A stretch of DNA of 64,000 nucleotides from Chthoniobacterales bacterium (GTDB lineage: Bacteria > Verrucomicrobiota > Verrucomicrobiia > Chthoniobacterales > Chthoniobacteraceae): contig JBBQZX010000003.1 of NCBI GenBank assembly GCA_038207335.1, forward strand, positions 96,001 to 160,000, written 5' to 3'. A model generated the notes under the pieces. The model was not told the origin of the DNA. It was given only the letters and a program-made list of their open reading frames with translations, and made no database searches. The position numbers were made by a program, and so were the translations under genes. This document shows, piece by piece, positions 17,735 through 26,869 of this stretch (its first letter is position 1; each line of letters starts with the position of its first letter).

Positions 17735-17995
17735 ATGAACTTGAAAACCTCAACTGCCGCAAAGATCATGGCCACTCTTTCGCTGAGTGCTTTCAACGGT
17801 TGCTGCACGACGGCTGTTCTCGACGCGGCACACGGAGAGACCTGCACGGACAAGGACGGTCGAACGGTAGTGTGCGCGAAACCCCAACCTGCGGCTTACG
17901 CTCTCATGCCGCTCGCAGTCATTGGCAATACTTCCACGCTCCCGTATTGGCTCGCCTATACCGGCAATCTGGGTCTGATCAAAAACCCCATGTAG
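17735..17995 (+). CDS. Cassette 4: small putative lipoprotein
   Basis: LSLSAFNGC lipobox-like; C-terminal YALMPLAVIG..TLPY; starts 10 nt after attC3. Confidence 0.6.
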   Translation: MNLKTSTAAKIMATLSLSAFNGCCTTAVLDAAHGETCTDKDGRTVVCAKPQPAAYALMPLAVIGNTSTLPYWLAYTGNLGLIKNPM

Positions 17996-18175
17996 CTTGT
18001 GGCGATTTGTGGGTGCGAGCTTGCGGGGCGAGGGGACGGGAGCGTGCGCGCTTTCCGTTCAAGGTGTGGCAACCGGGCGGAGCGCTCGTCTCGACTCGAC
18101 GGGCTTTCCACATCGCCCCGCGCTCCCAAACCATTGCCGCGCGCGCATTCCCCGCATACCTTCCGCACCTTTTGC

Positions 18176-19447
18176 ATGAAAATCCTCGTCATCGGCGGCG
18201 GCGGGCGTGAGCACGCGCTGGTCTGGAAACTCCGCCAATCCCCGCGCGTCTCCGCGATCTTTTGCGCGCCCGGAAATGCCGGCATCGCCGAACTCGCGAC
18301 CTGCCTCCCGATCAAGGCCACCGATCAAACCGCGCTCCTCCGTTTCGCGCTCGCCGAGAAAATTGACCTCACCGTCGTCGGTCCCGATGACGTCCTCGCA
18401 GCCGGTCTCGTCGATCTTTTCGAAAGCAACGGCCTCCGCATCTTCGGCCCCACGAAAGCCGCCGCGCAGCTCGAGTCGTCCAAAGTTTTCGCGAAAGATT
18501 TCATGCAGCGCCACGGCATCCCGACGGCGCAATCGCGGAGCTTCGACGACAGCGCCGAGGCCCACCGATACTGTCAGCGCCTTGGTTTCCCGCTCGTCAT
18601 CAAGGCCGACGGGCTCGCGCTCGGCAAAGGCGTCATCATCGCCGCGAACGCGTGGAGCGCCGCGATGGCGATCCACGAGATCATGGAGCTGCGGCGCTTC
18701 GGCGACGCCGGGAGCCGCGTCGTGATCGAAGAATTTCTCACCGGCGAAGAGTGCTCCATCCACGCGCTCGTCGATGGTTCCAGCTACCTGCTTTTCCCCG
18801 GCGCGCAGGATCACAAGCGCGCGCTCGACGGCGACTGCGGGCCGAACACCGGCGGCATGGGTACCTTCAGCCCGCCCGCAAAACTGCTCACGCCCGAGAT
18901 GGAAACTCGCGTGCGCCGCGAAGTCCTCGACCCTTTCCTCGCCGGCCTCCGCGCGGACGGCATCGACTTCAAGGGAATGCTTTTCCCCGGCCTCATGATG
19001 ACCGCCGACGGGCCGAAAGTCCTCGAGTTCAACTGCCGCTTCGGAGACCCCGAGACGCAAGTCCTCCTCCCGCGCCTCGACGGCGACCTCGTCGATTTGC
19101 TCGACGCCACGATCGACGGGAAGCTCGATCAAATCTCCGCGAAATGGGGTGCCGAATCGGCCGTCTGCGTCGTGCTCGCCTCGGGCGGATACCCCGGCGA
19201 ATACACGACCGGCGAGCCCATCGCAGGCCTCGATGAGACGCGGGAAAATGTCGTCGTTTTCCACGCAGGCACACGCCGTGAGGGCGGAAAAATCGTCACC
19301 TTCGGCGGACGCGTGCTCGGAGTCACCGCGCTCGCGCCCGACCTCGAAAGCGCGCGCGAACTCGCCTACTCCGCCGTTGCTGGTATCGACTTTCCACGCT
19401 GCCATTTTCGCAAAGACATCGGCGCAAAGGGACTCCTCTCTCCATGA
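18176..19447 (+). CDS. purD: Phosphoribosylamine-glycine ligase
   Basis: MKILVIGGGGREHAL, KADGLALGKGV, QDHKR, GPNTGGMG and EFNCRFGDPETQ. Confidence 0.97.
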   Translation: MKILVIGGGGREHALVWKLRQSPRVSAIFCAPGNAGIAELATCLPIKATDQTALLRFALAEKIDLTVVGPDDVLAAGLVDLFESNGLRIFGPTKAAAQLESSKVFAKDFMQRHGIPTAQSRSFDDSAEAHRYCQRLGFPLVIKADGLALGKGVIIAANAWSAAMAIHEIMELRRFGDAGSRVVIEEFLTGEECSIHALVDGSSYLLFPGAQDHKRALDGDCGPNTGGMGTFSPPAKLLTPEMETRVRREVLDPFLAGLRADGIDFKGMLFPGLMMTADGPKVLEFNCRFGDPETQVLLPRLDGDLVDLLDATIDGKLDQISAKWGAESAVCVVLASGGYPGEYTTGEPIAGLDETRENVVVFHAGTRREGGKIVTFGGRVLGVTALAPDLESARELAYSAVAGIDFPRCHFRKDIGAKGLLSP

Positions 19448-20505
19448 AATCGCTCTCCGCACTCGCCGCGATTCTCGCGCTTTCTCTCGCCGCATTTGCC
19501 GAAACACCGGATCGCAAACCGCTCACCGCGCAGCAAGCCGTGGACGCGCTCACCGACGCCGATCTCGCGCAATTTCTCCCGCTGCTGAAGGAGAATTACA
19601 TCGACCCGAAAAAACTCGGCGACGCCGATGTTTCGCGCGCCACCGTGCAGGGGTTGCTCGATCGTCTCGCCCCGGGAGCCGCTATTTTACAGACATCCGA
19701 TGCGTCCACGCCCATCGCCGTGCCATTCCGCAGCGACATGATCGACGGTCGCGCCGGATACGTCCGCATCGGTTCGCTTACTCCCGCAAACGTCGCTGAA
19801 CTCGACACCGCGTTGCAAAAATTTGGAGGCAAACAAGCCGCCGTCATCCTCGACTTGCGCGCGACTCCGCCGGGCAGCGAATTCGACCAAGCCGCCGAGG
19901 TCTGCAAACGCTTTTGTCCAAAAGGCAAAGTGCTCTTCACGCTGAAAAGGCCGAATGCGAAGGAGGAGCGCATCCTCACGTCCCGCGACGAACCGCGCTT
20001 CCACGGACTGCTTGCCGTGCTCGTCGACCCCAACACTGCGGGCGCCGCCGAGGTCATCGCCGCCGTCCTCCGCACCCATGCAAAAGCGATGATCATCGGG
20101 CAGACGACGAAAGGCGAAGCCGCCGAATTTGCCGACATCGCGCTGCCGAGCGGCAAGTTCGTCCTGCACATCGCAGTGGGCGAAGTCGCGCTGCCCGAAA
20201 ACGTCGTCGTCTTCCCCGGCGGCGTGAAGCCCGACCTCGCCGTCGAAGTCCCGCAGGAAACCACCGACGCCGTCCTGCAAGCCGAACTCGAGCACGGCCT
20301 GCACGACCTCGTCACCGAAACCGAGCGCGCCCGCATGAACGAAGCCGCGCTCGTCTCCGGCACAAATCCCGAGCTCGACGCCTTCCAAGGCACCGGCAAA
20401 CGCTCCGACAAGTCCAAGCCCCCGCTGCGCGACACCGTCCTCCAGCGCGCTCTCGATTTCATCACCGCCGTCACGCTCTACGAAAAGAGCACCGGCACAA
20501 AGTAG
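19444..20505 (+). CDS. S41 (tail-specific protease)-like secreted protein, catalytic residues substituted
   Basis: Signal peptide; YIDP, GYVRIGS, ILDLR, LVD..TAGAAEV, IIGQTT.G, GV.PD and LQRALD. Confidence 0.8.
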   Translation: MKSLSALAAILALSLAAFAETPDRKPLTAQQAVDALTDADLAQFLPLLKENYIDPKKLGDADVSRATVQGLLDRLAPGAAILQTSDASTPIAVPFRSDMIDGRAGYVRIGSLTPANVAELDTALQKFGGKQAAVILDLRATPPGSEFDQAAEVCKRFCPKGKVLFTLKRPNAKEERILTSRDEPRFHGLLAVLVDPNTAGAAEVIAAVLRTHAKAMIIGQTTKGEAAEFADIALPSGKFVLHIAVGEVALPENVVVFPGGVKPDLAVEVPQETTDAVLQAELEHGLHDLVTETERARMNEAALVSGTNPELDAFQGTGKRSDKSKPPLRDTVLQRALDFITAVTLYEKSTGTK

Positions 20506-20600
20506 CTCAGCGCGCGGGAGTCCGAGTTCAGGAGAACGCTGGTTGCAGTGTCCTGCCGCGCCTAGCAAAGCGCCGCCCGCGCGGTTCTCTCCAACTCAAA

Positions 20601-23600
20601 ATGAAGCGCTTCGCCGTCCTCTTCCTCACCCTCGTCTGTTCCGCTGCATTCGCCGTCGAGCCGTTTCGCGTCTTGATCTCCGGAGATGACAGCGAATCTG
20701 GGAAGACCTTCGCCGCCGATGTTTTCGCTGCCCTGAAAGAGCGCGGCGCGACCGCCACCGTCGCCGCGCCCGACACCGCGCACCTTGCCGCCGCCGATGT
20801 CCTCGTGCTTTTCGGCTCCGAAATGAAAGCGCTTCCCGAGACCGAGCGCGCACCGATCGAGGCCTTCGCAAAGCGCGGCGGCGGCATCGTCGCGCTGCAC
20901 GGCGCTACCGCCGCGCCGTGGATGCGCCCGCTGCTCGGCGGCTCGTGGGTCGATGGAAAGAGCAGCGAATTTCGCAGCAAGATGATGGTCTACGTCGCCA
21001 CCGATCAGCACCCGATCGTTGCAGGCGCGTCGCCTTTCGACCTCGACGACGAGACGCTCTACGACCTTGACCTCGATCCGAAAATCACCGTTCTCGCCTC
21101 CGCCTTCACGCCGAAAGTCACCGGCCTGCGCGGCGACCAGCTCGAGCGCCGCCAGCGCCAGGCCAAGGCCGACCGCGCAAACGTCTATGATCTCCAGCCG
21201 CAGATTTGGGCCTTCGAGGGCGAGGACGCGCACCGCGCCGTCGTGCTGTTGCCGGGCGCGCCCGAGACGCTGAAGCACGCGAGCATCCGCACCTTCATCC
21301 AGCGCGGAATCGCGTGGGCCGGGCACCGCGACGACCTCGACGAACTCTCCTCGCCAGCCGACCTCGCGAGCCTGCGCTACCCCGCCGCCGGCCCCGAGCG
21401 CGCCGAGGACACCGTGAAGCAGTTCGAAATCGCGCCCGGCTTTCGCGCCAGCGTCGCCGCCGCCGAGCCACTCATCAACAAACCGATCGCCGTCCAGTGG
21501 GACGCCGCCGGCCGCCTGTGGGTCGCCGAGACGCCCGAGTATCCGAACGGCCGCCGCCCGCTCGTGACCGAGCCGTGGAAGGAAACCGGCACGCTCGAGC
21601 CCGGCAAATACGACCGGCCCGCCGAGGATCGCATCAGCATCCTGAGCGACCCGGACGCGAGCGGGCGCTTCACGAAGAAGCGCGTGTTCTTCCAGGGGTT
21701 GGAGCTGGTTACTGGCTTCTGCATTTACCGCGACGGCGTCATCGCGCTGGCGCAGCCGGATATCGTCTTTATCCACGGCGAAGGCGCAGGGCAGAAGGTG
21801 GAGCGGCTTTTCACCGGGTTCACGCCGGGCGACACGCACTTCGTCGGCAACCACCTCATCGTGGCGGCGGACGGGTGGGTTTACGCCAGCATGGGCGGGG
21901 GCGCGGAGGTGAAAAAGCCCGACGGCAAGGAAGTCATCGCGCGCATCAGCTCGGGGATGTTTCGCTTCCGGCCCGACGGCTCCGCGATCGAGCAGGTCTC
22001 CTCGAAGGGCGGCAACGGCTTCGGTGCGGACGTGACGAGCGACGGCGAGCTGTTCTTCGGCCAGGCGACGAGCGGCAACCCCGTCCAGCACGTCGCCCTG
22101 CCCGAGTCCACGCTCGAGCTGGGAAAGGTGGGCACGCAGGGAGGCGCGCAGTCGGTGATCGCCGGGCGCAAGGTGGTCGTCCCGCATATGCCGGACCGGA
22201 TGCCGCTCATGCAGATCGACCAGGTCGGCGGCTACAGCTCCGCGTGCGCGAGCCTCGTCTATGAAGGCGGCGCATGGCCCGCGGAGTTCGCCGGCTCCAT
22301 CTTCTGCACCGAGCCGATCCTGAATATCGTCCACCACGAGATCCTGCACGCCAGCGGCGCGACCTTCACCGGCGAGATGGTGCGGAAAGACGCGGAGTTC
22401 ATCCACTCGCCCGACTACTGGTTCCGCCCGATTGATGTCTCCTGCGGCCCCGACGGCGCACTTTACATCCTCGATCTCTACAACCCCGTCATCGCCCATA
22501 GCGACTCCCGCGGGCCGCAGCACAGCCGCTCGGGTGCCTCCGTGAGGCCGGACCGGGAGCACTACTTCGGGCGCATCTACCGCGTCCAGCACGAGCAGGC
22601 GCAGCGACTCCCGGTGCCCGACCTGTCCCACGCCAGCGCCGTCGATCTGGCAAAAGCCCTGAGCCACCCCAACCGCACCGTCCGCTCGAATGCGCTCCGC
22701 GTCCTCATGGAGAAATCGCCCGCTGAAATCGCCCCTGTGCTCACCCCGATCGCGGAGACGAGCACCTTCACCCCCGCGCGCATCCTCGCGCTCTGGGGCC
22801 TCCAGCGCGTCGGCGCACTCAGCAGCGCCCAGATGAAAGTCGCGCTCCACGACACCGACCCCGCGATCCGCAAAACCGCCGCCCTCATCGCCGAAGCCGC
22901 CTCCGCGGACGCCGTCCAGTCCGACCTCGCCGCCGGTCTCAGCGACCCCGACCCGCGCGCCCGCATCGCCATGCTGCGCGGTCTCGCCGCCTGCAAACTC
23001 ACTCCCGCCGCCGCCGTCGCGCTCATCGCCATCTTCCCGCAGCTCACCGACGACCTAACCAAATCCGCCGCCGTCGCCGCCGCCGCCAGCAGCCCTGGAG
23101 CCGTCATTGAAGCCGCCTTCGACGCCGCGAATCCCGACGCCCTCGCCCAACTCGTCGGCAATATCGCCGCCGTCGTCGTCGAGAAACAGGACGCTGACAC
23201 CTTCGCCCGGCTCATCTCCGCAATGCCCGCCAAGCCCGCCGCCGCCGATCCCCTCAAGCGCATCGTCCTAGTCGCCGCCGCGACCGTGAAGGCTCAACCG
23301 GCCACCGCCGTTTCTGCCAGCGTCCTCCGCGCACTCCTCACCTCACCCGACGAAACCCTCCGCACCTCCGCACTCCCGCTCGCTGCGACCTGGGACAAAT
23401 CCGGCGCGCTCCAACCCGACGTGCAGACTGCCATCGCCCCCCTCCTCGCCCAACTCGCCGACCCCAAACTGCCCGACGACCGCCGCGCACAACTCGCCAC
23501 CAGCCTCATCGGCGCCCGCGCCGCCAGCCCCGACATCCTCCCCGCCATCCGAAAGCTCCTCAACGACCCCGACGCCTCTGAGCCCCTCAAGCGCACCGTC

Positions 23601-24917
23601 ATCGCCGCCCTCGGCGCCACCGGCGACCCCGCCGTCGGCCCCCTCCTCGTCGGTGCCTTCGACGCCCTCCCGGCCCTCGTGCAGCCTGCCGCCTTCGACA
23701 TCCTCCTCTCCCGCGTCGAGTGGACCACCGCGTTCCTCGACGCGATCGAGGGCCAGAAAGTCCAAATCGCCGCGCTCGGCCCCGCCAATCTCTTCCGCCT
23801 CCGCACCCACCCCCAGCGCGCACTCGCCCAGCGCGCCACCGCCCTCCTCGACACCCTGCGCAAGACCAACACCGACAAAGACGCCGTCATCGCCCAGCTC
23901 ACCCCGCTCGTCACCCGGCCGGGGAATGCAGAGCACGGGCGCGAGCTCTTCACCCAGACCTGCGCCATCTGCCACCGCCTCGGCGACCTCGGAAAAGACA
24001 TCGGCCCCGTCCTCACCGGCATCGGTGCCCACGGCCCCGAGCAACTCCTCGTCACCATCGTCGATCCGAACCGCCAGATCGACGCCGGCTTCGAGCTCTA
24101 CAACGTCGAAACCCGCGACGGCACCCTCCAGGCCGGCATCCTCGCCCAGGAAAACGACGCGCGCATCGTCCTCCGCTCCCAGGCCGGCGACATCGAGGTC
24201 CCCAAGGCCAACATCAAATCCAGCGTCAACACCCACCGCTCCCTCATGCCCGAAGGCTTTGAGGCCCTCGGCCCCGACTCCCTGCGCGACCTCCTCACCT
24301 TTCTCTGCGGCAGCGAGACGCGCTACCGCGTGCTCGACCTCTCCCGCGCCTTCACCGCCGATACCCGCCGCGGCCTCTACCAGTCCCAGGAAGCCGTCGG
24401 CGACACCTTCGTCTTCACGAAATTCGGCGTCTCAGTCGTCGCCGGCATCCCCTTCGACATCGTCAATCCCGCCCAAAGCCTCCTCGGCGGCAACATCATC
24501 GTCCTACGCGGTGGCGGGCGCGAATCCTTCGCCCACACCCTCCCCCAGCGCGTCGAGGTGAAAGTCGGCCTGCCAGTGCGGGCGTTCGCCTTCCTCGGCG
24601 GCGTCGCCGGCTGGGGCTCCCGCAAAGCCGACCCCGATGGCAAAGCCATCATGAAAGTCACCTCCGTCTTCGCCGACGGCGAAAGCGAAAGCGTCACCCT
24701 CCACAACGGCATCGAATTTGCCGACTACGCCGGCACCACCGAAGTCCCCGGCTCCCAACCCGCCGACAGCATCACCCGCGAAAAGCAAATGCGCTGGTTC
24801 ACCATCCCCTTAAAAAAGCGCGGAGTCGTCGAAAAGCTCATCCTCGAGAGCCTCGACAACGGCCCCGCGGCCACCACGGTCGCCATCACCGCCGACCTCG
24901 GCGAGCCCGCACATTGA
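20601..24917 (+). CDS. PVC-type membrane-bound dehydrogenase-like heme protein (ThuA-like + beta-propeller + HEAT repeats + CxxCH)
   Basis: Signal peptide; GGGIVALH; AAEPLINKP..WD..GRLWVAE..YP; GPDGALY; GRIYRV; CAICH; SLMPEG. Confidence 0.88.
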   Translation: MKRFAVLFLTLVCSAAFAVEPFRVLISGDDSESGKTFAADVFAALKERGATATVAAPDTAHLAAADVLVLFGSEMKALPETERAPIEAFAKRGGGIVALHGATAAPWMRPLLGGSWVDGKSSEFRSKMMVYVATDQHPIVAGASPFDLDDETLYDLDLDPKITVLASAFTPKVTGLRGDQLERRQRQAKADRANVYDLQPQIWAFEGEDAHRAVVLLPGAPETLKHASIRTFIQRGIAWAGHRDDLDELSSPADLASLRYPAAGPERAEDTVKQFEIAPGFRASVAAAEPLINKPIAVQWDAAGRLWVAETPEYPNGRRPLVTEPWKETGTLEPGKYDRPAEDRISILSDPDASGRFTKKRVFFQGLELVTGFCIYRDGVIALAQPDIVFIHGEGAGQKVERLFTGFTPGDTHFVGNHLIVAADGWVYASMGGGAEVKKPDGKEVIARISSGMFRFRPDGSAIEQVSSKGGNGFGADVTSDGELFFGQATSGNPVQHVALPESTLELGKVGTQGGAQSVIAGRKVVVPHMPDRMPLMQIDQVGGYSSACASLVYEGGAWPAEFAGSIFCTEPILNIVHHEILHASGATFTGEMVRKDAEFIHSPDYWFRPIDVSCGPDGALYILDLYNPVIAHSDSRGPQHSRSGASVRPDREHYFGRIYRVQHEQAQRLPVPDLSHASAVDLAKALSHPNRTVRSNALRVLMEKSPAEIAPVLTPIAETSTFTPARILALWGLQRVGALSSAQMKVALHDTDPAIRKTAALIAEAASADAVQSDLAAGLSDPDPRARIAMLRGLAACKLTPAAAVALIAIFPQLTDDLTKSAAVAAAASSPGAVIEAAFDAANPDALAQLVGNIAAVVVEKQDADTFARLISAMPAKPAAADPLKRIVLVAAATVKAQPATAVSASVLRALLTSPDETLRTSALPLAATWDKSGALQPDVQTAIAPLLAQLADPKLPDDRRAQLATSLIGARAASPDILPAIRKLLNDPDASEPLKRTVIAALGATGDPAVGPLLVGAFDALPALVQPAAFDILLSRVEWTTAFLDAIEGQKVQIAALGPANLFRLRTHPQRALAQRATALLDTLRKTNTDKDAVIAQLTPLVTRPGNAEHGRELFTQTCAICHRLGDLGKDIGPVLTGIGAHGPEQLLVTIVDPNRQIDAGFELYNVETRDGTLQAGILAQENDARIVLRSQAGDIEVPKANIKSSVNTHRSLMPEGFEALGPDSLRDLLTFLCGSETRYRVLDLSRAFTADTRRGLYQSQEAVGDTFVFTKFGVSVVAGIPFDIVNPAQSLLGGNIIVLRGGGRESFAHTLPQRVEVKVGLPVRAFAFLGGVAGWGSRKADPDGKAIMKVTSVFADGESESVTLHNGIEFADYAGTTEVPGSQPADSITREKQMRWFTIPLKKRGVVEKLILESLDNGPAATTVAITADLGEPAH

Positions 24918-24928
24918 GCTGAGAGCAC

Positions 24929-24957
24929 TTGACGTGTGTAACCTTCACGGTTACATA
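24929..24957 (+). promoter_or_regulatory. Rrf2-type operator palindrome next to a -35 box
   Basis: TTGACG at 24929; perfect TGTAACC-ttcac-GGTTACA at 24937-24955, 13 nt before the Rrf2 ATG. Confidence 0.75.
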
Positions 24958-24968
24958 TTCCGCCGCCA

Positions 24969-25436
24969 ATGGCCGCAAGTTGCAGATTCGCTTTCGCAGT
25001 CCACATCCTCGCCGTCCTCGCCTCAAAGGGCGGGCAGGGCGTCACCTCCGACGCGCTCGCCGGCAGCGTGAATACCAACCCCGTTGTCATCCGGCGGCTG
25101 CTTACGGCGCTGAACCGCGCGGGGCTCATCGACACAAAAAAGGGCGCGGGCTCCGGCTCCACGCTCAGCCGCGCGCCGGGCGAGATTTCGCTCGATGAAA
25201 TCTACCGCGCCACCGAGCCCGCCCCGGCCTTTGCCGCGCACCCGCACAAGCCAAACGTCCGCTGCCTCGTCGGCCGCAATATCACCGCCGTGCTCGACTC
25301 CGTCTTCGCCTCAGCGCAGGTCGCGCTCGAGGACGAACTTGGCCGCCGCACCCTCGCCGACGTGCTCACCACCGTGACCGACGACCTCGCGAAGCCCGGG
25401 CGCAAAACATCCGCCCGCGCCCGCAAGTCCGCCTGA
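24969..25436 (+). CDS. Rrf2-family transcriptional regulator (YwnA/SaiR/HypR-like)
   Basis: RFAFAVHIL, TSD.LA.SVNTNPVVIRR, ISLDEIYRA and H..PN..CLVG; lacks IscR three-Cys motif. Confidence 0.9.
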   Translation: MAASCRFAFAVHILAVLASKGGQGVTSDALAGSVNTNPVVIRRLLTALNRAGLIDTKKGAGSGSTLSRAPGEISLDEIYRATEPAPAFAAHPHKPNVRCLVGRNITAVLDSVFASAQVALEDELGRRTLADVLTTVTDDLAKPGRKTSARARKSA

Positions 25437-25472
25437 GCCTGCTTTTCCGATCCATCCGCAAATCCACACCAC

Positions 25473-26837
25473 ATGTACCTCGACACCGCGCACCTCGACC
25501 CGCCAGCCGTCTCGACCTCACCCGCACAGCCCGTCACCGCCGACCATCGCGATCTTCGCCGCGACGACTTCTGGCGCATCATCCCGGCCTACTCGCACGT
25601 CTCCGCCGCCGAGTTTCGCACCCATCAGTTTCAGCAAAAGCACGCAGTCACAAACGTCCGCCAGCTCCGCGAGACGCTCGGCTACCTGGTGCCGGATTCC
25701 TTTTTCGACGACCTTACCTCCGGCATCCAGAACGCCCCGATGGCCCTCCGCATCTCGCCGTATCTCCTCGGCCTCATCGACTGGCGCGACCCGCTCGGCG
25801 ACCCGATCCGCACGCAATTCATCCCGCTCCGCAGCCAGCAGCAGCCGAACCACCCCATGCTGCAATTCGACTCGCTCAACGAGCAGGGCGACTCCCCCGT
25901 GCCCGGCCTCACGCACCGCTATCGCGACAAAGCGCTCTTTCTCCCCATCGCCACTTGCCCCGTCTATTGCCGCTTCTGCACCCGCAGCTACGCCGTCGGT
26001 GCGGACACCGAAGTCGTCGGCGAAAAGCTCAAACTCAGCGCCAGCCTCGCCCGTTGGGAGCAGGCCTTTGCCTACATCGAGTCCCGCCCTGAGCTCGAAG
26101 ACATCGTCGTCTCCGGCGGCGACACCTACAATTTGAAGCCCGAGCACCTCCAGCTCATCGGCGAGCGCCTCCTCCGCATGGCGAACATCCGCCGCATCCG
26201 TTTCGCCACCAAAGGCCTCTGCGTCATGCCGCAGAAAATCCTCAGCGACGACGCCTGGCTCGATGCCCTCACCCGTGTCGTCGAGCTCAGCCGCGCCCTG
26301 CACAAAGACGTCGTCGTCCACACCCATTTCAATCACCCCAACGAAATCACCGGCATCACGCAGGACGCCATGAACCGCCTCACCGAGCGCGGCATCCACG
26401 TCCGCTGCCAGACCGTTCTCCAGCGCACCGTCAATGATTCACCCGCCACGATGCAGCTCCACATCCGCCGCCTCAGCTACGTGAACGTGCATCCCTACTA
26501 CGTCTTCTTTCACGACATGGTGCCCGGCGTGGAGGACCTCCGCACCACCCTCGACAGCGGCCTCCAGCTCGAGAAACACGTCCGCGGCCACAGCGCCGGC
26601 TTCAACACCCCCGCCTTCGTCGTCGATACCATGGGCGGCGGCGGCAAGCGCGACGCCCACAGCTTCGAGAGCTACAACCGCGACACCGGCATCGCCGTCT
26701 TCACCAGCCCCAGCGTCCGGCCGGGTAAAAAGTTCCTCTACTTCGACCCACTCGGCTCCCTCGACGACACGCACCAATGGCGCTGGACCCAGCCCACTGA
26801 GCGCCGCGCCATGATCGACGAAGCCCTCGGAGTATAA
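25473..26837 (+). CDS. KamA-family radical SAM/PLP aminomutase (lysine 2,3-aminomutase-like)
   Basis: GLTHRYRDKAL, CPVYCRFCTR, SGGD, THFNHPNEI and VVD..GGGGK (PLP Lys). Confidence 0.88.
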   Translation: MYLDTAHLDPPAVSTSPAQPVTADHRDLRRDDFWRIIPAYSHVSAAEFRTHQFQQKHAVTNVRQLRETLGYLVPDSFFDDLTSGIQNAPMALRISPYLLGLIDWRDPLGDPIRTQFIPLRSQQQPNHPMLQFDSLNEQGDSPVPGLTHRYRDKALFLPIATCPVYCRFCTRSYAVGADTEVVGEKLKLSASLARWEQAFAYIESRPELEDIVVSGGDTYNLKPEHLQLIGERLLRMANIRRIRFATKGLCVMPQKILSDDAWLDALTRVVELSRALHKDVVVHTHFNHPNEITGITQDAMNRLTERGIHVRCQTVLQRTVNDSPATMQLHIRRLSYVNVHPYYVFFHDMVPGVEDLRTTLDSGLQLEKHVRGHSAGFNTPAFVVDTMGGGGKRDAHSFESYNRDTGIAVFTSPSVRPGKKFLYFDPLGSLDDTHQWRWTQPTERRAMIDEALGV

Positions 26838-26869
26838 CGGACCAATCCCGTCCCGCCCTGCAAGTTCAG

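Larger units (their letters stand above)
16142..17995 (+). mobile_element. Integron gene-cassette array lacking integrase (CALIN), about 4 cassettes
   Basis: Three homologous attC-like repeats separating short, co-oriented ORFs (cassettes 1-2 visibly AT-richer); GTT-type and AAC-type core sites. Confidence 0.8.

Noticed and set aside
19914..20600. N-terminal extension of the 1667-aa ORF
   Set aside because: Arg-rich shadow frame over the S41-like gene; a real signal peptide starts at ATG 20601
25473..26837. Calling the radical SAM gene epmB or kamA outright
   Set aside because: Longer than typical EpmB, with no efp/epmA or lysine-catabolism context; substrate unproven
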